Below are positions 1-14,500 of a stretch of DNA of 64,000 nucleotides, piece after piece (within the stretch, counting starts at the first letter, position 1; each line of letters starts with the position of its first letter). The position numbers were made by a program, and so were the translations under genes. The notes under the pieces were generated by a model, which had not been told where the DNA came from, searched no databases, and was given only the letters and a program-made list of their open reading frames with translations. This DNA comes from Gnetum montanum (lineage: Eukaryota; Plantae; Gnetophyta), in NCBI GenBank assembly GCA_015680685.1, contig MNCI01000312.1, forward strand, positions 489,164 through 553,163, written 5' to 3'.

Positions 1-58
1 AAAACCAGAATCTAAACACTTTAAGAAGTTGATAACTTGAACAAAGAAGAATATCAAG

Positions 59-3000
59 ATGAGTAAATGGAAGCTATACTTTGATGGTTCTTGTAACTCT
101 AAAAGTGTAATAGTTGGAATAACTCTAGTAAAAGATAACTCCCCAAAAATATTCAAGGCAATTCATCTATCCTTTCCTTGTACTAACAACAAAGCCAAAT
201 ACGAAGCTTTGTGTATTGGAATTAAAACAACATTGGAAAAAGGTATTAAGGTACTCACCAGAAAGGGAAAATCAAGATTAGTATGTGATTAGATTAAAGG
301 TAATTGTGTGGTAAAAAGTTGTGATCCTATAAATAGCTCATCTGCAAAATGTTGGATTAGTTTCATCACTACCAAGTAGAACATATAGGTAGAGAAGATA
401 ATTATATAGTAGATGACTTCGGAAAAGTAGCTTCATCATTAGATGTGAAAAAAATAAAAGGCTATGAAGGTATAATGATTGAAAAAGAACATCAACCTTT
501 AATACCAGATAACATAAAATATTTACAAGTATTCAAAGATGATAATCATTTACTTAGATTCTTGAGAAATAAGTGAGAATTCAAAAGTTAAGTTATACCC
601 AAAACAATGTCAAGGTTTAAGAAAAATTCAATTCCCAAAAAGGTGATTGATCATGAACATGAATTTAGTAAAAATTAGCTTAATGGAAAGGATATACAAA
701 ATCCAAATGATCAAACTTATGAAGCAATGAATTTAGATCTATTGAGATGCCAAAGATGTTAAATATCATAAAGGAAAAGGATTCAATCTTCAAAAAAAAT
801 CTATTATTACTCTTGAAAAATAATTTGGAAAATTTTTGTTGGTCTTATGACAGTCTTGAAACTTTCAACCAAATGTGATAGACAGTTGTAAGGTAGTTAA
901 ACAAAAGTAAAGGATATTTAATACACCATTTGAGCCAACTATGTAAGCTAAAATCAAGAAGTTATTACAAGCCCAAATCATATATCTGGTTCTATATTCA
1001 ACATGGCTTGCTAATCTTGTACCAATAAGAAAAAAGAATGGTGATATTATACTTTGTATGGATTTTAGAAATTTCAATGAAGTCTTGGAAAAAGATAAAT
1101 ATCCACTTCCTAGAATTGATGATATGTTAATTAAAGTATCAAGTTATTAGGTATATTCTTTCTTAGATGGAATTTCAAGTTATAATAAGATCATGGTAGA
1201 TAAAGGTGGCAAATATAAAATAACATTTATCACTAAGTGGGGAACTTTTGCTTGCCAAAGAATGCCATTTGGATTGTCAAATGCTAGAGCTACTTTTCAA
1301 AGAGCAATTAATAGGTGAGTTCATTGTAGTTTATTTGGATGATATCACCATCTTTTTAAAAAATAAGGAAGATCATATTGGTCATCTCCAACAAGTTTTT
1401 GAGAGATGTCGTGAGTATGGTATTTCATTAAATCCAAAAAATATGTATCTTTGGGGTTAAGTTTGAAAGTTTACTAGGCCATGTAATTTATCGAGAAGGA
1501 ATTCCCATAGATAATTCTCAAATTCAAGTAGTACAAAATATCGAGCATCCTACAAGTAAAAAGTCTCTTAGATCTTTCTTCTAAAAGATAAATTTTGTTA
1601 AGGAATTTATCCCTGGGTTTACCAAAATCACTAAACCTTTGATGCATATGCTAAAGAAAGATGTCTTGGTAGAGAAACATAAGAATCAAAGAGAGCTTTT
1701 GCAGAAATTAAGAAGCTATTCAAGAAGCTTCATACTTGGTAAAGCCAAAATTAAAAGACTTTTGGTTATATACTTTTGCTTCAAATGATTCAGTTGCTAC
1801 TATTTTAACTCAAAACGATAAAGGTCAAGATGAACTGATTGGACTTTTAGGGTATCAGTTGAAAGGCTCAAAGCTAAATTATTCAAACTTAAAGAAATAA
1901 GCATTTTTAGTTATTAAGACACTTCAACATTTCAAATATTACTTGGAAAACTCGTTAGTTCATATTATGCTAACAGAGCCTATAGCCAAACAATTCTTGG
2001 CCCAAAATGAAATTGTATTAAAAAGAGTGAAGTGACTCATTAAGCTTCAAAATTTAGGATTTTCATTAGAAATGCACAAAAATTTTAAAGGAATTGGATT
2101 AGCTAAGTTAATGGCTAGAGAAGATGAAGCATGTGCATTTAAGACTTATGAAGGGAATTGGTATGATGAAATTCTAGGATTCTTTGATACAGGTAAGGTT
2201 CTGAATAACCTAACTACTAGTTAGAAGAGAGCTTTCTTCAAAAAGAAAAATGAATTTGTAGTTAAAAATTGAATTTTATATAGAAAGGATTTCAAACTGG
2301 TTTTTATTGGAATATGTTCACAATGATTAAATTGATCCTATGTTAGAACAATGTCATGATCATTCTAATTTGTTCTATGAATCTCCTAAATCTACTATGC
2401 AACATATACTTTGTTATGATTTTTAGTGGCCTACTATGCACCATGATATTAGTTTGAAAATTTAAAGATGTTATAAATATTAGATTCATGGGCCAAAAAT
2501 CAAAACTACTAGAGCTCCTTTAAAATTGGTAATTGTAGATAGACCATTTCAACAATGGGGCTTAGAATTTATTGGTACAATTACTCCTTCAAGAGTAGGA
2601 CATAGGTTTATTCTCATAGCTACTGATTACTTTACCAAATGGTTTAAAGCAAAAGCTCTAAGGAAGATTTCAACATTAGACTTGATTAAATTCTTGGAAG
2701 ATTAGATTCTAAGTTATTTTGGTTTACCTAAATGGTTGGTATCTAACAATGGACTTGCTTTTTAATTTGAAGAATTTATAACATAGGCATTGGAAAAATC
2801 CATCTTTCTATTTTCTTCTTCAAGTTATTATCCTCAAGGAAATGGCTTAGCTAAATATACAAATAAAAATCATATTTCCTATATTAAGAAGTTAGTGGAT
2901 GGAAATCATGGAAACTGGATCAATTACTTACAATCTGCATTATGGATTCACCATATCAAATTTAAGAAGGCTATTGGAACATTAGCCTCTAACTTGGTCT

Positions 3001-3265
3001 ATGGTTTACGTGCTATAATTATGAACAAGATTATAAATTTAGCCTTATATTTTGTGCAAAAGTATAGTGAGAAAATCGATAAAGATGGAAATTTTATGAC
3101 CTTACTCATCAAAAAAGAAGTTGAAATGGATAGAGCTAGAGATAATTTACTAAAGAATGCTTCTCAAGTTAAAAAGTGTTTTGATAGAAAGAATTTGAAG
3201 AGAACTTTCAAAGTGCATGACTTGGTGTTATTATGGAACATGAAGAAGCCAAATAAGTTTTTGAG
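59..3265 (+). pseudogene. Decayed Ty3/gypsy Tat-type pol, domain order aRH-RT-RNase H-integrase; runs into the gap
   Basis: 59-292 WKLYFDGS...FPCTNNKAKYEAL (archaeal-type RNase H); ~1000-1450 RT motifs WLANLVPI, MDFRN, YPLPRIDD, MPFGLSNA, YLDD; ~2550-3250 integrase motifs QWGLEFIG, ATDYFTKW, SSYYPQGNG. Many stops and frameshifts. Confidence 0.9.
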
Positions 3266-3496
3266 NNNNNNNNNNNNNNNNNNNNNNNNNNNNNNNNNNN
3301 NNNNNNNNNNNNNNNNNNNNNNNNNNNNNNNNNNNNNNNNNNNNNNNNNNNNNNNNNNNNNNNNNNNNNNNNNNNNNNNNNNNNNNNNNNNNNNNNNNNN
3401 NNNNNNNNNNNNNNNNNNNNNNNNNNNNNNNNNNNNNNNNNNNNNNNNNNNNNNNNNNNNNNNNNNNNNNNNNNNNNNNNNNNNNNNNNNNNNNNN
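3266..3496. other. Assembly gap (N run)
   Basis: Run of n. Confidence 1.
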
Positions 3497-5707
3497 ATTA
3501 GTTTTAAAATATTAAATTTAAAGCATTAGTTCAATTATTAAATTTATATTATCCTAAGTAATCATTACCTGTGATGAGAGTAAGTGGGAGTGATGGTTAG
3601 ATAACTACTTAGTGGTGAATTAATTTCAACAACCAAGTAGTGGAATTCAAATTAGGATACCATATAATGATGGAAAGATAATTAATTTTGGCAAAGTGGC
3701 AAAACTAATTAGTAAAATTGGTGGAAATTTCAAACTTTCTTTACACTATAAAAAGAAATGTGGATTACTTAGAATTGCATCATTTCACAATTAAGGCTTA
3801 AGTAGAGAAAGTAAGTAAGGTGTTTATGTATGAACTAGAAGATGGTTCTTGAGGAAATAGCAAGAAGAAGGCCATTTATTCCATATGTCATGGGATGTTG
3901 TCTAGAGCATGTATTAAAAGCCTATTGTAAGGCAATAGTTCATGGAGCATCAAGTGAAAGCCATTTCTTACCTCAGCTTTCAGATGAGTTTAGATTTCTC
4001 AGTAGGGGAGTTTCCATACATTCTAATATTTGGGGTATCTTTCATCAATGTAACACTCAAGATCAAAGAGGGTCTAGTAGAGATGATTCTTTGGGAAAGG
4101 CTTTTATGTCTAAAGACACAAAAGCATCTCATTAGGAAGAGTCTCAAAATCAACAGCTAAAGGGATGGATGCAAAAAAGACAAAAAACTATTGTGGAAAG
4201 TAAAAGTGAAGACCAATATGAGGCTTCAACTATGCAAGAGGAAGGAAAAAAGGCATTCATATCAACTGAAATTACATATGAAAGGACTCTCAATATGAGG
4301 ATCCCTAAGAGAGTTACTCTAACTATTCTCTTTCCACCTACAAATTAGTTTGTATCAAGCTTTGTTTGTATAATTTCTTAAGTTTCATTAGGAATGACAT
4401 TTTTATTTTATAAAGTAAGATCCATGAAATGAAATTGCTTAATTAGATTTTCAAAGATGATTGAAAATGAGAGTTAAATTGTTAAAGAGGGAAATTTCAT
4501 GAGTAGCTTAATAGAGAAATGTGTTCTTTATGTAAATGTGCTTATTTTGAGTTCATAAGCTTAGTAAAGTGTTCTCAGCATATGTTATGAAGAAATTGTA
4601 GTATTCCTATATGCATTGGAGGAGATGAAATCTGGAAATTAATTTGAAAATTACAAAAGGAATTATTTGCTATTGTATTTCCATTAGTTCCTACAATTTG
4701 TAATTCCATTAGTTTTTCAATTAAGTGTAGTAATAAATCAAATGTTTCACAAGAATAATGAAATGAAGTGCATCCATTTTCTTTGTACATATAGAAAGAA
4801 CTCTATAAAAAACCAATGAATAACTTCATCATGTGGAAATCAATTACTAAGCTATATATTTCAATTTGTAGTGGTTTTCAAATGATGGTAGAAAATTAAG
4901 TTTCAAAGCCAAGAATCTTAAATTAAACAAAGGGAAAAATACCCAATCCAAGTGCTCATCAACATTTGGTTAAACATTGGAAGAGCAAGACTATAATTTT
5001 GATACAAAATTAACAAAATCCTTATTAAATGGTGTTTAATAAAACAATCAACAAAATTGCTCAAAAATTCATTGATATTTCTAACAAAAACACATACCAA
5101 AAAATGAAATTATGGCAATATAAAGTATAAGCATAAACAAATGAGAATTTCACATTTATTGAAGAACAAGTCCAGCAACTATGCAAAAGGGTAAATCCAT
5201 ACAAATTGGTATTCCAAAAAAAATCAAAGCTATGTCCATCAACAATTTAATGTTTTAAATAAAATCCCTAAAGTAACAGCTATCGAATACTAAAAATTTT
5301 TAGGTCTAAGAACCCTAAATGGAGGGTATCTATCAAGGCATCCTTCACCATAGCACTTGAGTTTGAAAGGTAGCTCCTCTCCTACAGCATGTGTGAGAGT
5401 TCCATTCTATAGGGGATTACACAATTGTGTGGCATAGATGCCACAAGTCACAATAGGGCATTAATGCCACAAAGCCAAAGTAGGGCTTGAATCTGCAATT
5501 TCTTCTTTGTGATGGAGGAAGTAGTTATTAAGTAGCACCAAGCAATGATGAGTGTAGGAACCAAAGATGATGCTAGTTGAAGTATCATCTTGAGCCATAG
5601 TATTAGGATCTACAAATGAGGAATGCAAGACACACCAGGAATGCATGCAACAGAGGTGGTACAACAGTGAGCATGGAGGCCCCAAAGATAAGCATCAACA
5701 TGGGGCT

Positions 5708-7236
5708 TGTTAAAAATCAACCACATTTGTTAAGGTCATATAACCTTTCTAATGATTTAATTCAAAAATAAAATGAATTATTATAAACAAAGAAACAAGG
5801 ATTATTTAAGTTACAACCCTTTTTTTAGAAAGGTGGAGGTTTAAGATTCCAAAATGGGAGAATTTATAATCATAAAACTTTACTTTTAAAAATTTAAAAT
5901 TTCTAATTGAAGTTATCATCTTTCATGAAGATTATAAATAGATCTCCTTGATATTTGTAGGTTTATAACTAATAAGGAGACACTTGCCAAATGTGGCTTA
6001 AAAGTCTCATAAATTCCATGGAAGTTATAACTCCCAAGGAAGGTATAAATTTATATTCCTAAGATATTTGTAAGATCCTTAACTCCTCATGATTAATGTA
6101 ACTACCTAAAGACACTATAAAACGGCTCTAAGATATAATGAAGAGTGGAGAAGAGGAAGATACTTACCAAGACATATGAAGAATTATTGTAAGATGTCTT
6201 GCTAAAGACATCAATTCGACTATTTTGTTTTAATTCATTAAGTTCATTTCTTCCCATTTTGTTTTAGTTGCTTAGCTAATTGTTTAAATAGTATCATGCT
6301 TGGAATTTAATTTTGGAATCTATCCTACATTTCTTTTATAGCTCTATTTTTGCACAATATTGGACTCCTATTAATATTTTCCATAAAAGAGCTTATCTTG
6401 TTAAAAATCCTCAAGAGTAATTTAATAGTAATGTTTTAATGAAATTTCCTATTTTGAGCATAGGGAATTTAAGAAAATCTTTGATACTTTGATGGGACTA
6501 AAATAGCTTCTTTATTTTTAAAGTTTATTACCTTGGTATTTCAATCAAAAATTGTCAAATCTTTGAAAGCTTTGTTGAATGCAATATTTGAAAACTATTA
6601 ACTAGCTAAAATAGAGACTTGTGATTTGTAGTTTACACAGTGATTTTTTGTAGTATAACAAGATTGCCTATATGAAATTGCTTGTTGAGCTCAGAAATGT
6701 TGGACATTTCATAGTTATTGAATTAAGAATAGCTTTCTTACAAAGTGTTTACTTATATCAATTATCTTTCTTAAATATTTGAGTTTTCACACAAATCTAC
6801 TTTCTTTTTTTTCCTATTTCTAAGTCGATTGAATCTCACTTTATTTATAGTTTTCTTGTGGAACTTTCTCTTTGGGGGAAATTAGGAGTAGATTGATAGA
6901 ATTATTCTCAAATGTTTTTGTAAAATTTTATTTATTACAAGTAGGTATTTTAGGAGTTGTATAGACTAAGTGATTGAACAAGATAGGAATCTCCAACAAC
7001 TCATAGGTATTTGACAAGGATAGCCAAATTTGTTTTATGATAGTTGATTATAGTTTCATACATAACCTAATAATTTTAACATTTACAACAATAAACACAT
7101 ACTCACATTTAGTACATTTTATAACTACTAAATCTATTTGGAGGTATCTAGCCCTTGGTGTTGCAAGAGACCAACAAGCACCTAAAACCTATTTAGAGAA
7201 GCTCATTGGTGATCTAGTTCCAAATGGTCACCAACA
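5708..7236 (+). mobile_element. Possible decayed LTR (TGTT...AACA)
   Basis: Preceded by G-rich atggggct; TATA-like ctataaaa near 6115; ends ggtcaccaaca followed by a degenerate tgg PBS-like start. No second copy or TSD found. Confidence 0.3.
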
Positions 7237-8105
7237 CTTTGGTCTCTATCTCAGGTTCCTCCTATTTACTAGGATAGATTATGGTAGCTATAGAAGAAGA
7301 GCTCATTCGTTTTCAGTATCTTGGTCAATGGATCACAAGGAACACACCCTACTTTGTTCACGAGCAAATCTATCACATATGAGAGTCCTAATCATGTGAC
7401 TTCAACCTAATTCATGTGACTTCAAGGAAGACTATGAATTGGTGCAGGTTGGTGGTCCATCATCTTTCCATCTAATTTCTAAGGATGCTTTGGAAGTTGT
7501 CAAAAATCTGGAGCAACTATAATCAAAGAGTGCCACATGTCTTGCCCATTATCTATTAACTCATGAGTGGTTTCTTCAAGTGGAGACTGATCAAGTTTGG
7601 GTGAAGAGTTACACTCTTTCTTTTTCTTTCTTCCATTTGATCTTTTTATTCATAATTCATAATTTTAATGTTGTTTTTGTGAATGTAGAAAAAGGAAAAT
7701 AAATGACAAGATGACATGAACAATTGATCTTTTCAAATGAATTTTTTGAGAGTGCACTTAAAAAGGGGGAAGAGGTAATGGCTATAGCAAAGAGTGCTTC
7801 CAAGTACATCAAACAATTGTATGGTGGTTTGGCAAGATGCAAGGTGATACTAAGTAAGAAGGACTTCATCAAGGAAGAATGAGAAGCCTAGTTGAAGATA
7901 GTCTCAGATCTTGTTGATGCCTTTTAGGAAAATAACTAGTCATAGTCTTGCTTCCATTGTTATTCTATCCCACTTCTTCTCTATTCTTCTTCTTTTCTAT
8001 TCCATTTCTTTTTCATTACATGTATTCCACTTTGATGTACTCCTCTTTTTTAATAATAATAATAATATAATATTTTCTTCCACTGTGGCTCTTGAATCAT
8101 GTTTT

Positions 8106-8125
8106 GCTTTGATACCAAATGTAAC
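8106..8125 (-). promoter_or_regulatory. tRNA-Met(i) primer-binding site next to an LTR end; remnant of a minus-strand LTR element
   Basis: Reverse complement reads gttaca-tt-tggtatcaaagc; canonical PBS is TGGTATCAGAGC. Confidence 0.6.
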
Positions 8126-11100
8126 ATCCTATTCCTAGATGTTGTTAAAACATAATTGTTCCATGCTTAATTCATTGCATTCATGAGCATGATAATGGAA
8201 ATATCACAAAATAACTTAATGAATGAATAACTTGGTAAATTACTAGTAAGTTTAATTTAACAATAAGGAAAAATAGAGGAAAACTTTTATTAATTAGAGT
8301 GGTACACTGTAATGCCATTTAGGTTGTCTTCCCATGCCACTTAACTCTCATTGGCAATCCAACACTACCACCATGGTTAGGCTTTCCAACCAAAGGGGCG
8401 ATAAGTCCCTCCTTGTCCCACTTCACTTGGCTCCTATCACTTCCCAATTCAAGGTTTGCAACTACATGCTTGGCATGACGTCTAAACTAGACCTTAAATG
8501 GCATAGGTCAAAACCATTCCCTAGGGGTACATGAATAATTTTAAAAACCCATATTGAGACATCCCTTCTTTTGAAGGTTAATTACATTGTTTACAATACA
8601 TTTTCATCCTTAACAAAGGATGAGATGTTATAGTTTTCACACATGTGAATAAATCTAGTAGACCTACTAGCACAAGGATAATTTGATGTAATCTTATTTC
8701 TCATAAAAATAATATCTACTAAACCTACATAAAAGCCAACAACTATTATTACTCTAACACAAAACATAAAAGATGAACCTATCACTATGGAGAGACAAAA
8801 AAATTCTATGCATTACTAATAATAATAAAGGGTGCAGTTGTAAGATGAAAGTTTAAAGTATTAACATGATCCCTATAGTAATCCATAACAAACTTGAGAA
8901 ACAAGTGTGTGTGAAAAACTATGTCTACATAATAGCCACTGAACCAAAAGATACGCATTGGTTAGAAAAGAAGAATACTAAACCATTCAAAAGATGCATG
9001 GAAACATCCAAATCACTTATTCATTCTTGTCATAAGAAAATGAACCAAATAGAGAACTTAGATAAGGACATTTTACACTTTGACTATACACAAAAAGAAA
9101 ATGTTAATCAAGAAGATGTAAGAACTAAAATAAAAAATCAAAAAGGAAACATATCTAGACCCTCTAAAAGGTAAATACCTTTGATTCTAGCTAAATATAT
9201 GTCTTCAAATGATTGAATACTAATTATCATTAACGTTAAATGTGCTAACCTGGAAAAACTTAGATCACTAAAGATGATAAATGGAAAAATTATGGTGTAT
9301 AATCAAGAGAATGTAGAGTCCATTTTTTGAATGCCCATCCATGAGTTTAATCATGGGAGAGATTTCCCATCTTAAATCAAGAACTAATCAATGCATTTTC
9401 ACTTTTTATTTTACAATTTTTTATCAATTATCTATTTCATCAAATTTTTTCAATTCTTTTTATGTTTTCCATTTTTTCTTATTTTTGCTTTGGGAAGGAT
9501 CTACTTGCATGACTTTGAAGAAACATCATATTTTCAAGAATATCATGAAATACATGAAACAAAGAATTGAAAATTAATGTTATAATGCATAGATTCAAAT
9601 AAAATTTTGTAATGCATGACTCAAGTTTTTTAATGGATGTCAATATAGTCTTGGTCACCACACAATTTTTATAATGGAACTTTATCCATTTATATATAAC
9701 TCAAGGACAAGTTTTTGGTCAGTTATGGGGGTATGGTCAAACCTCATATGTTGGGTAGCTAAGTTGTAAAGATATGATGACCCATCATTTTGTCAACTAT
9801 ATCAATTGGTTGAGATATCCTAAATGCTATATAATAGATGCTACATCAATCTACATTGTAGCATCCTTACATCTACTATAACTTAGCTACATTGATGCAT
9901 CCAAAGAAGTTAATGAATCCCCATTGACGCATCCCCATTGACATAGCCAAATGAGTTAATGGATCTCCATCAATGAAATGTCTATATTTACCTATAAATA
10001 TGCAAGCACCCACCACATATTTGACACTATTTGATCAATAATGTAGCCAAACTCTTTCAATTTTATTCTATAATTTTAGCAAATAGTTAATGAGTGCTCA
10101 CAACATTAACATGAGTCAATTGTACAACATCTTATTTATACCTGATATATTCCATGAATGGTAATAAGATTGAGATTGATTCATATTCATTTTAATACTT
10201 TGAATTAGAATAGATTTACTTTTAATAAAATTTACTTTCTATGTACTTAGTTACTATTTACATTTCCATACATGTTGATCAATTGGTGGAATGAGTGTGA
10301 CTAGTTTCAAGCATAATCATGTATTTACTTGGCAATCCCAATAGCATTATTGCTTGGTTCACCTAGTAGCATAATACTTGGTAATCCCAATAGTGTATAC
10401 GTGAATTTAGGACGTGTATGGTAAGTTGGAAATGAACACTCATTACCCTTAAGATAGTTTTAGATTTAATTTTATTATTAATTATATTAGATAATTAATT
10501 TATATACTATTATTCAGTTAGTTTAAGACCCCAACAACATCAATAATCATATGTCTCATTTTAACTAAATCATACATGATAAAGCTACCACTAGTCCAAA
10601 TGAGAAGACAAAACCCTATGATCAATGCTTAATAATCTAGATACCACACTAGTTCCATCAATAGAATTCAATCAGATTCCATGTTGATGAGCAATAAGTA
10701 TCAACTACGCCCAACCATATGAATCACAAGTGTGTATGCATGATCCAATTAAATTCTATGGAAGAAACAAGTGTGGTATCTAGATTATTAAGCATTGATG
10801 ATAGGTTGTTGTCTTCTCACTTCGACTAGTGGTAGCTTTGTCATGTATGGTTTAGTCCAAACTAATGCATATGATTATTGATATTATTGGGACCTTAAAC
10901 TAACTCAATAATAACTTAGAAATTAATTATTTAATCTAATTAATAATAAAATTAAATCCTAAACTATCCTAAGAGTGATGAGTATCCATTTCCAGCTTTT
11001 TATACATGTCTTGATCTCATGTACCCATTGATGGAATTATCAAGTATTATGCTACTAGGCAAACCAAACAATAATGCTATTGGGATTAGCAAGAAAATAC

Positions 11101-11579
11101 ATGTTTATGATCGAAACTGGTCATGCTTATTCCACCAATTGATTAACATGCATGGAAATGTAACTATTAAATAAGTACATTGAAATTAAATCTATTCTAA
11201 GTTAAAGTGTTGTAATGAATATGAATCAATCTCGATCTTATTGTCATTAACAGAATGTGTCTAGGTACAATGCCACTTGAATAAGACACCATACAATTGA
11301 CTCAAATACACATTACAAGAATTTAGGAACTATTTTCTAAGATTACAAAGTAAAACTACAAGAGTTTGACTACACTGCTAACCAAATGATGCCAAATACA
11401 CGGCATGTGCTCGCATATTTATAGGCAAATATAACCAATATGTCAATGGGGATGCATTAATGCATCTAGCTACGTTGATAAGGATGCACTGATGAGGCTA
11501 CATTAACAACGATGTGTCAATGCAACTAAGTTATAGTAGATGAAATGTAACATATGCAATATAGTAGATGCAATATAGC

Positions 11580-14500
11580 GGGGGGGGTGTCAGACCCCAA
11601 TAAGAGAATTTTATTAATTAAATGAGAATAAGTACATGATCAACAGCTGAACATATTGATGGGTAAATAGGGAGGAGGACAAAGACAAATGCGAGTGTTA
11701 AAAGAAAACATCTTGAAACATAATCTTTCTCAGGGTGTGGGAGTACATGCCCGAGAAGGGAGTACATGCCAAAGAGCTACCAAATGCTGGGAATCCTTAG
11801 GAATTGCGAGTTTATAAGACTAGGAGAACAATAAAGAGCTCGAAATGCGCAAAGTTATGATGAGAACACATTCCGATGTAGTAGCTCGAGACTGGAAAGA
11901 GTGCACGAGTTGGTGTATTTGCTCCAAGGCTGCAAACAAAAAAACAACTGATTAGTATCCAACTTTAACGTAGAAGTATGAGATAAAATTTGGAAATGCA
12001 CAAGGCGAAGAATTTGAGATTTTTCCATAATATTTAAATGGTTAGAGTTGGACGAATTAGTGTTCTGGAAAAGAGCAGTGCATCTGCGCTTCCATATAAA
12101 GTAAAGAACGAGGGGCCTAATAACTTTCCAAAGAAACAGAAGGTCTGAAGAGGGGGTGGCCAAAAAGCCGAATAAGATATCCTCATGGGAAAATGTGCAC
12201 AAAGGAAAAACCTTAGAAACCCATTCCCATGAAGACTGAGCGAAAGGGCAATGCCAAAAAACATGGACAAAATTTTCAGGACCTCCACAGAGAGGGCAGG
12301 TAGGGTTTGAAATCCCAAGGTATTCACGACGTTTGCCGATAGGCAGGCCTTGATGCAAGAGGCACCAAAGAAATTGCTTAATTTTTGGAAGAGTCGGAAG
12401 GCTCCAAACTCGTGAAAAGAGAGAGAGCCAAAACTGTTCAGACTCTTCTTTGTGCCATGATCGATTGCAACGGTTAACAATCGTAGAGGAATCATGCAAC
12501 AATTGAAAGGGCACATGAGGTTTATAGGGTAGAAGGTTCGATCCATTAGTCCATTGAAGACCATGGAAGAGACTAGGAACCGAAGCTTCCACATGCAAAT
12601 TCTGATGAATGAAGTGATAAAGTCTATCAAGGCAATGGTGCATAATTCTGGAAGCCCCATATAAGTTTTCGAACATATCCCAAGTAATCCACTGATTGGT
12701 GAGACGAAGACAGCTAAGGGAAACAACTCCCTTTTGAAACCAGATGGTGGCTACCCTGGCATTTGAGGTGGCTAGAGGAGCAGGACATAGGGGCAGCCAC
12801 CAAGGGCAAATCTTAGAAAGAAGAGTAGGATTGATATGTATATTATTCCAATTCACATGAGAATGTAAGACTTGCCAAGCCTTCCAAATGCTTTTGAAAA
12901 CATGTGTTCCAGGAATGATAATGTCGTGAGGAGAAAGGATCCAATTAACAGGGTGGATACCCTTCCAGATAGACCTATTCTTAGGAAATGCTTGTCGAAG
13001 CCTTAACTGAAGGAGATTCCCAATAATATTGGGGGCATCTAGGTGCTGAACCAACCACTTAGCGACAAGGGTGAGACCTTGCTTAAAGGAGTTCAAAAGG
13101 CCCAATCCGCCTTTGTTCTTAGGAAGAGTTACTATATTCCAGGCTACACGATGAAAGCCTTTTTGAGAGTCCTTAGATGACCACATGAAGTCTCGAAATA
13201 AACGTTCAAGCTTTTGATAAGAAGCATGGGAAGGGGCCCAACATGACGAGTAATAAACATGGGTAGAGGCACAAATAGACTTACAGATTAGATACCTTCC
13301 GGCAAGGGTGAGGGGTTTGGTTTTCCATTTTTCCATTTTTCTGTGAATTCGAGCAATTACTTGGTCCCAGAGCTCGGACGTTGGGCCTCTAAAGCGAAAG
13401 GGAATTCCCAAGAGCTTAATGATCTCATGATCTTGAGTACGCTTCCAACTATAATTGGGCAAATGACTGTAGTTATTGGTGAAGCTATAAACAGAAGATT
13501 TTCGCCAATTTATGACAGATCCCGAGAGGGAGCAATATTGCTCTACTCGAGACAAGAGACACTGCACATTATCCGCATTGTTTTGAATAAGGAAAAATGA
13601 GTCATCAGCGAAATGCATATTGAGGAGCTGATGTTGAGGAGAAGATAGAGGAACCCCAAATAAAACATTGTTTTGAATATCCAAGCTGATTTGATGACAG
13701 AGAAAATCAGCCGCTATGATGAAGAGATAAGGAGCGAGAGGGCAACCTTGCCTAACAGACCTATGAATAGAAAAGGGAGAAGTGATGCCGAAGGTAGTCG
13801 CGATTCGCGCAGTAGCATCTGAGAATAAGCATTCTACCATATGAATGAACTTAGGGCCAAAACCCAATTTAGTCATGGTTTGGATAATGAAGTCCCACTT
13901 AATGTTATCATAGGCTTTAGCGTAGTCAAGCTTCATCAGGAGGATATCCTGACCCTCATCCTCAGCCCACTTAAGACCTTCCCAAGCAGCCACCACATTA
14001 TTTAATATGTATCTTCCCGGAACAAAGCCGGTCTGCTGGGGGGAAATAATAAAGGCAAGGACTTTCTTTAATCGCAAGGCCAAACACTTTGCCCAAATTT
14101 TGTAAACCACATTAAGTAAGGTGATAGGTCGCCAATTGGAGATACAAGTAGGATCTCCTGTTTTAGGGAGAAGACGAATAATCCCTTGGTTTAAGATTGG
14201 TCCCAAAGAGCCAGTAAGCGTAGCCTCTTTGATAACATGGAAGAGGTCAGAACCAACCAGATCCCAATGCTTTTGGAAAAATTCAACTGGAAAACCATCA
14301 TAACCCGGGGCTTTCCCAGGGCTTAGGTTAAAGCAAGCCTGTCGAAGCTCAACTGGAGTAATATCGGCTTCTAAAATTGTCAGCATAGAAGAATTAACCA
14401 GTTTAGGATAATTTAGAGTGGCTGCCGCGAAGGATGCAGGATCCATAGGAGTAGTGGTGAATAAGGCCTCAAAGTGTTCTTTAAGATAAGAGAGAAGACT

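Noticed and set aside
12034-12726. 230-aa alternative-frame ORF inside LINE ORF2
   Set aside because: Overlaps a clear ORF, has a non-ATG start and no recognisable motif
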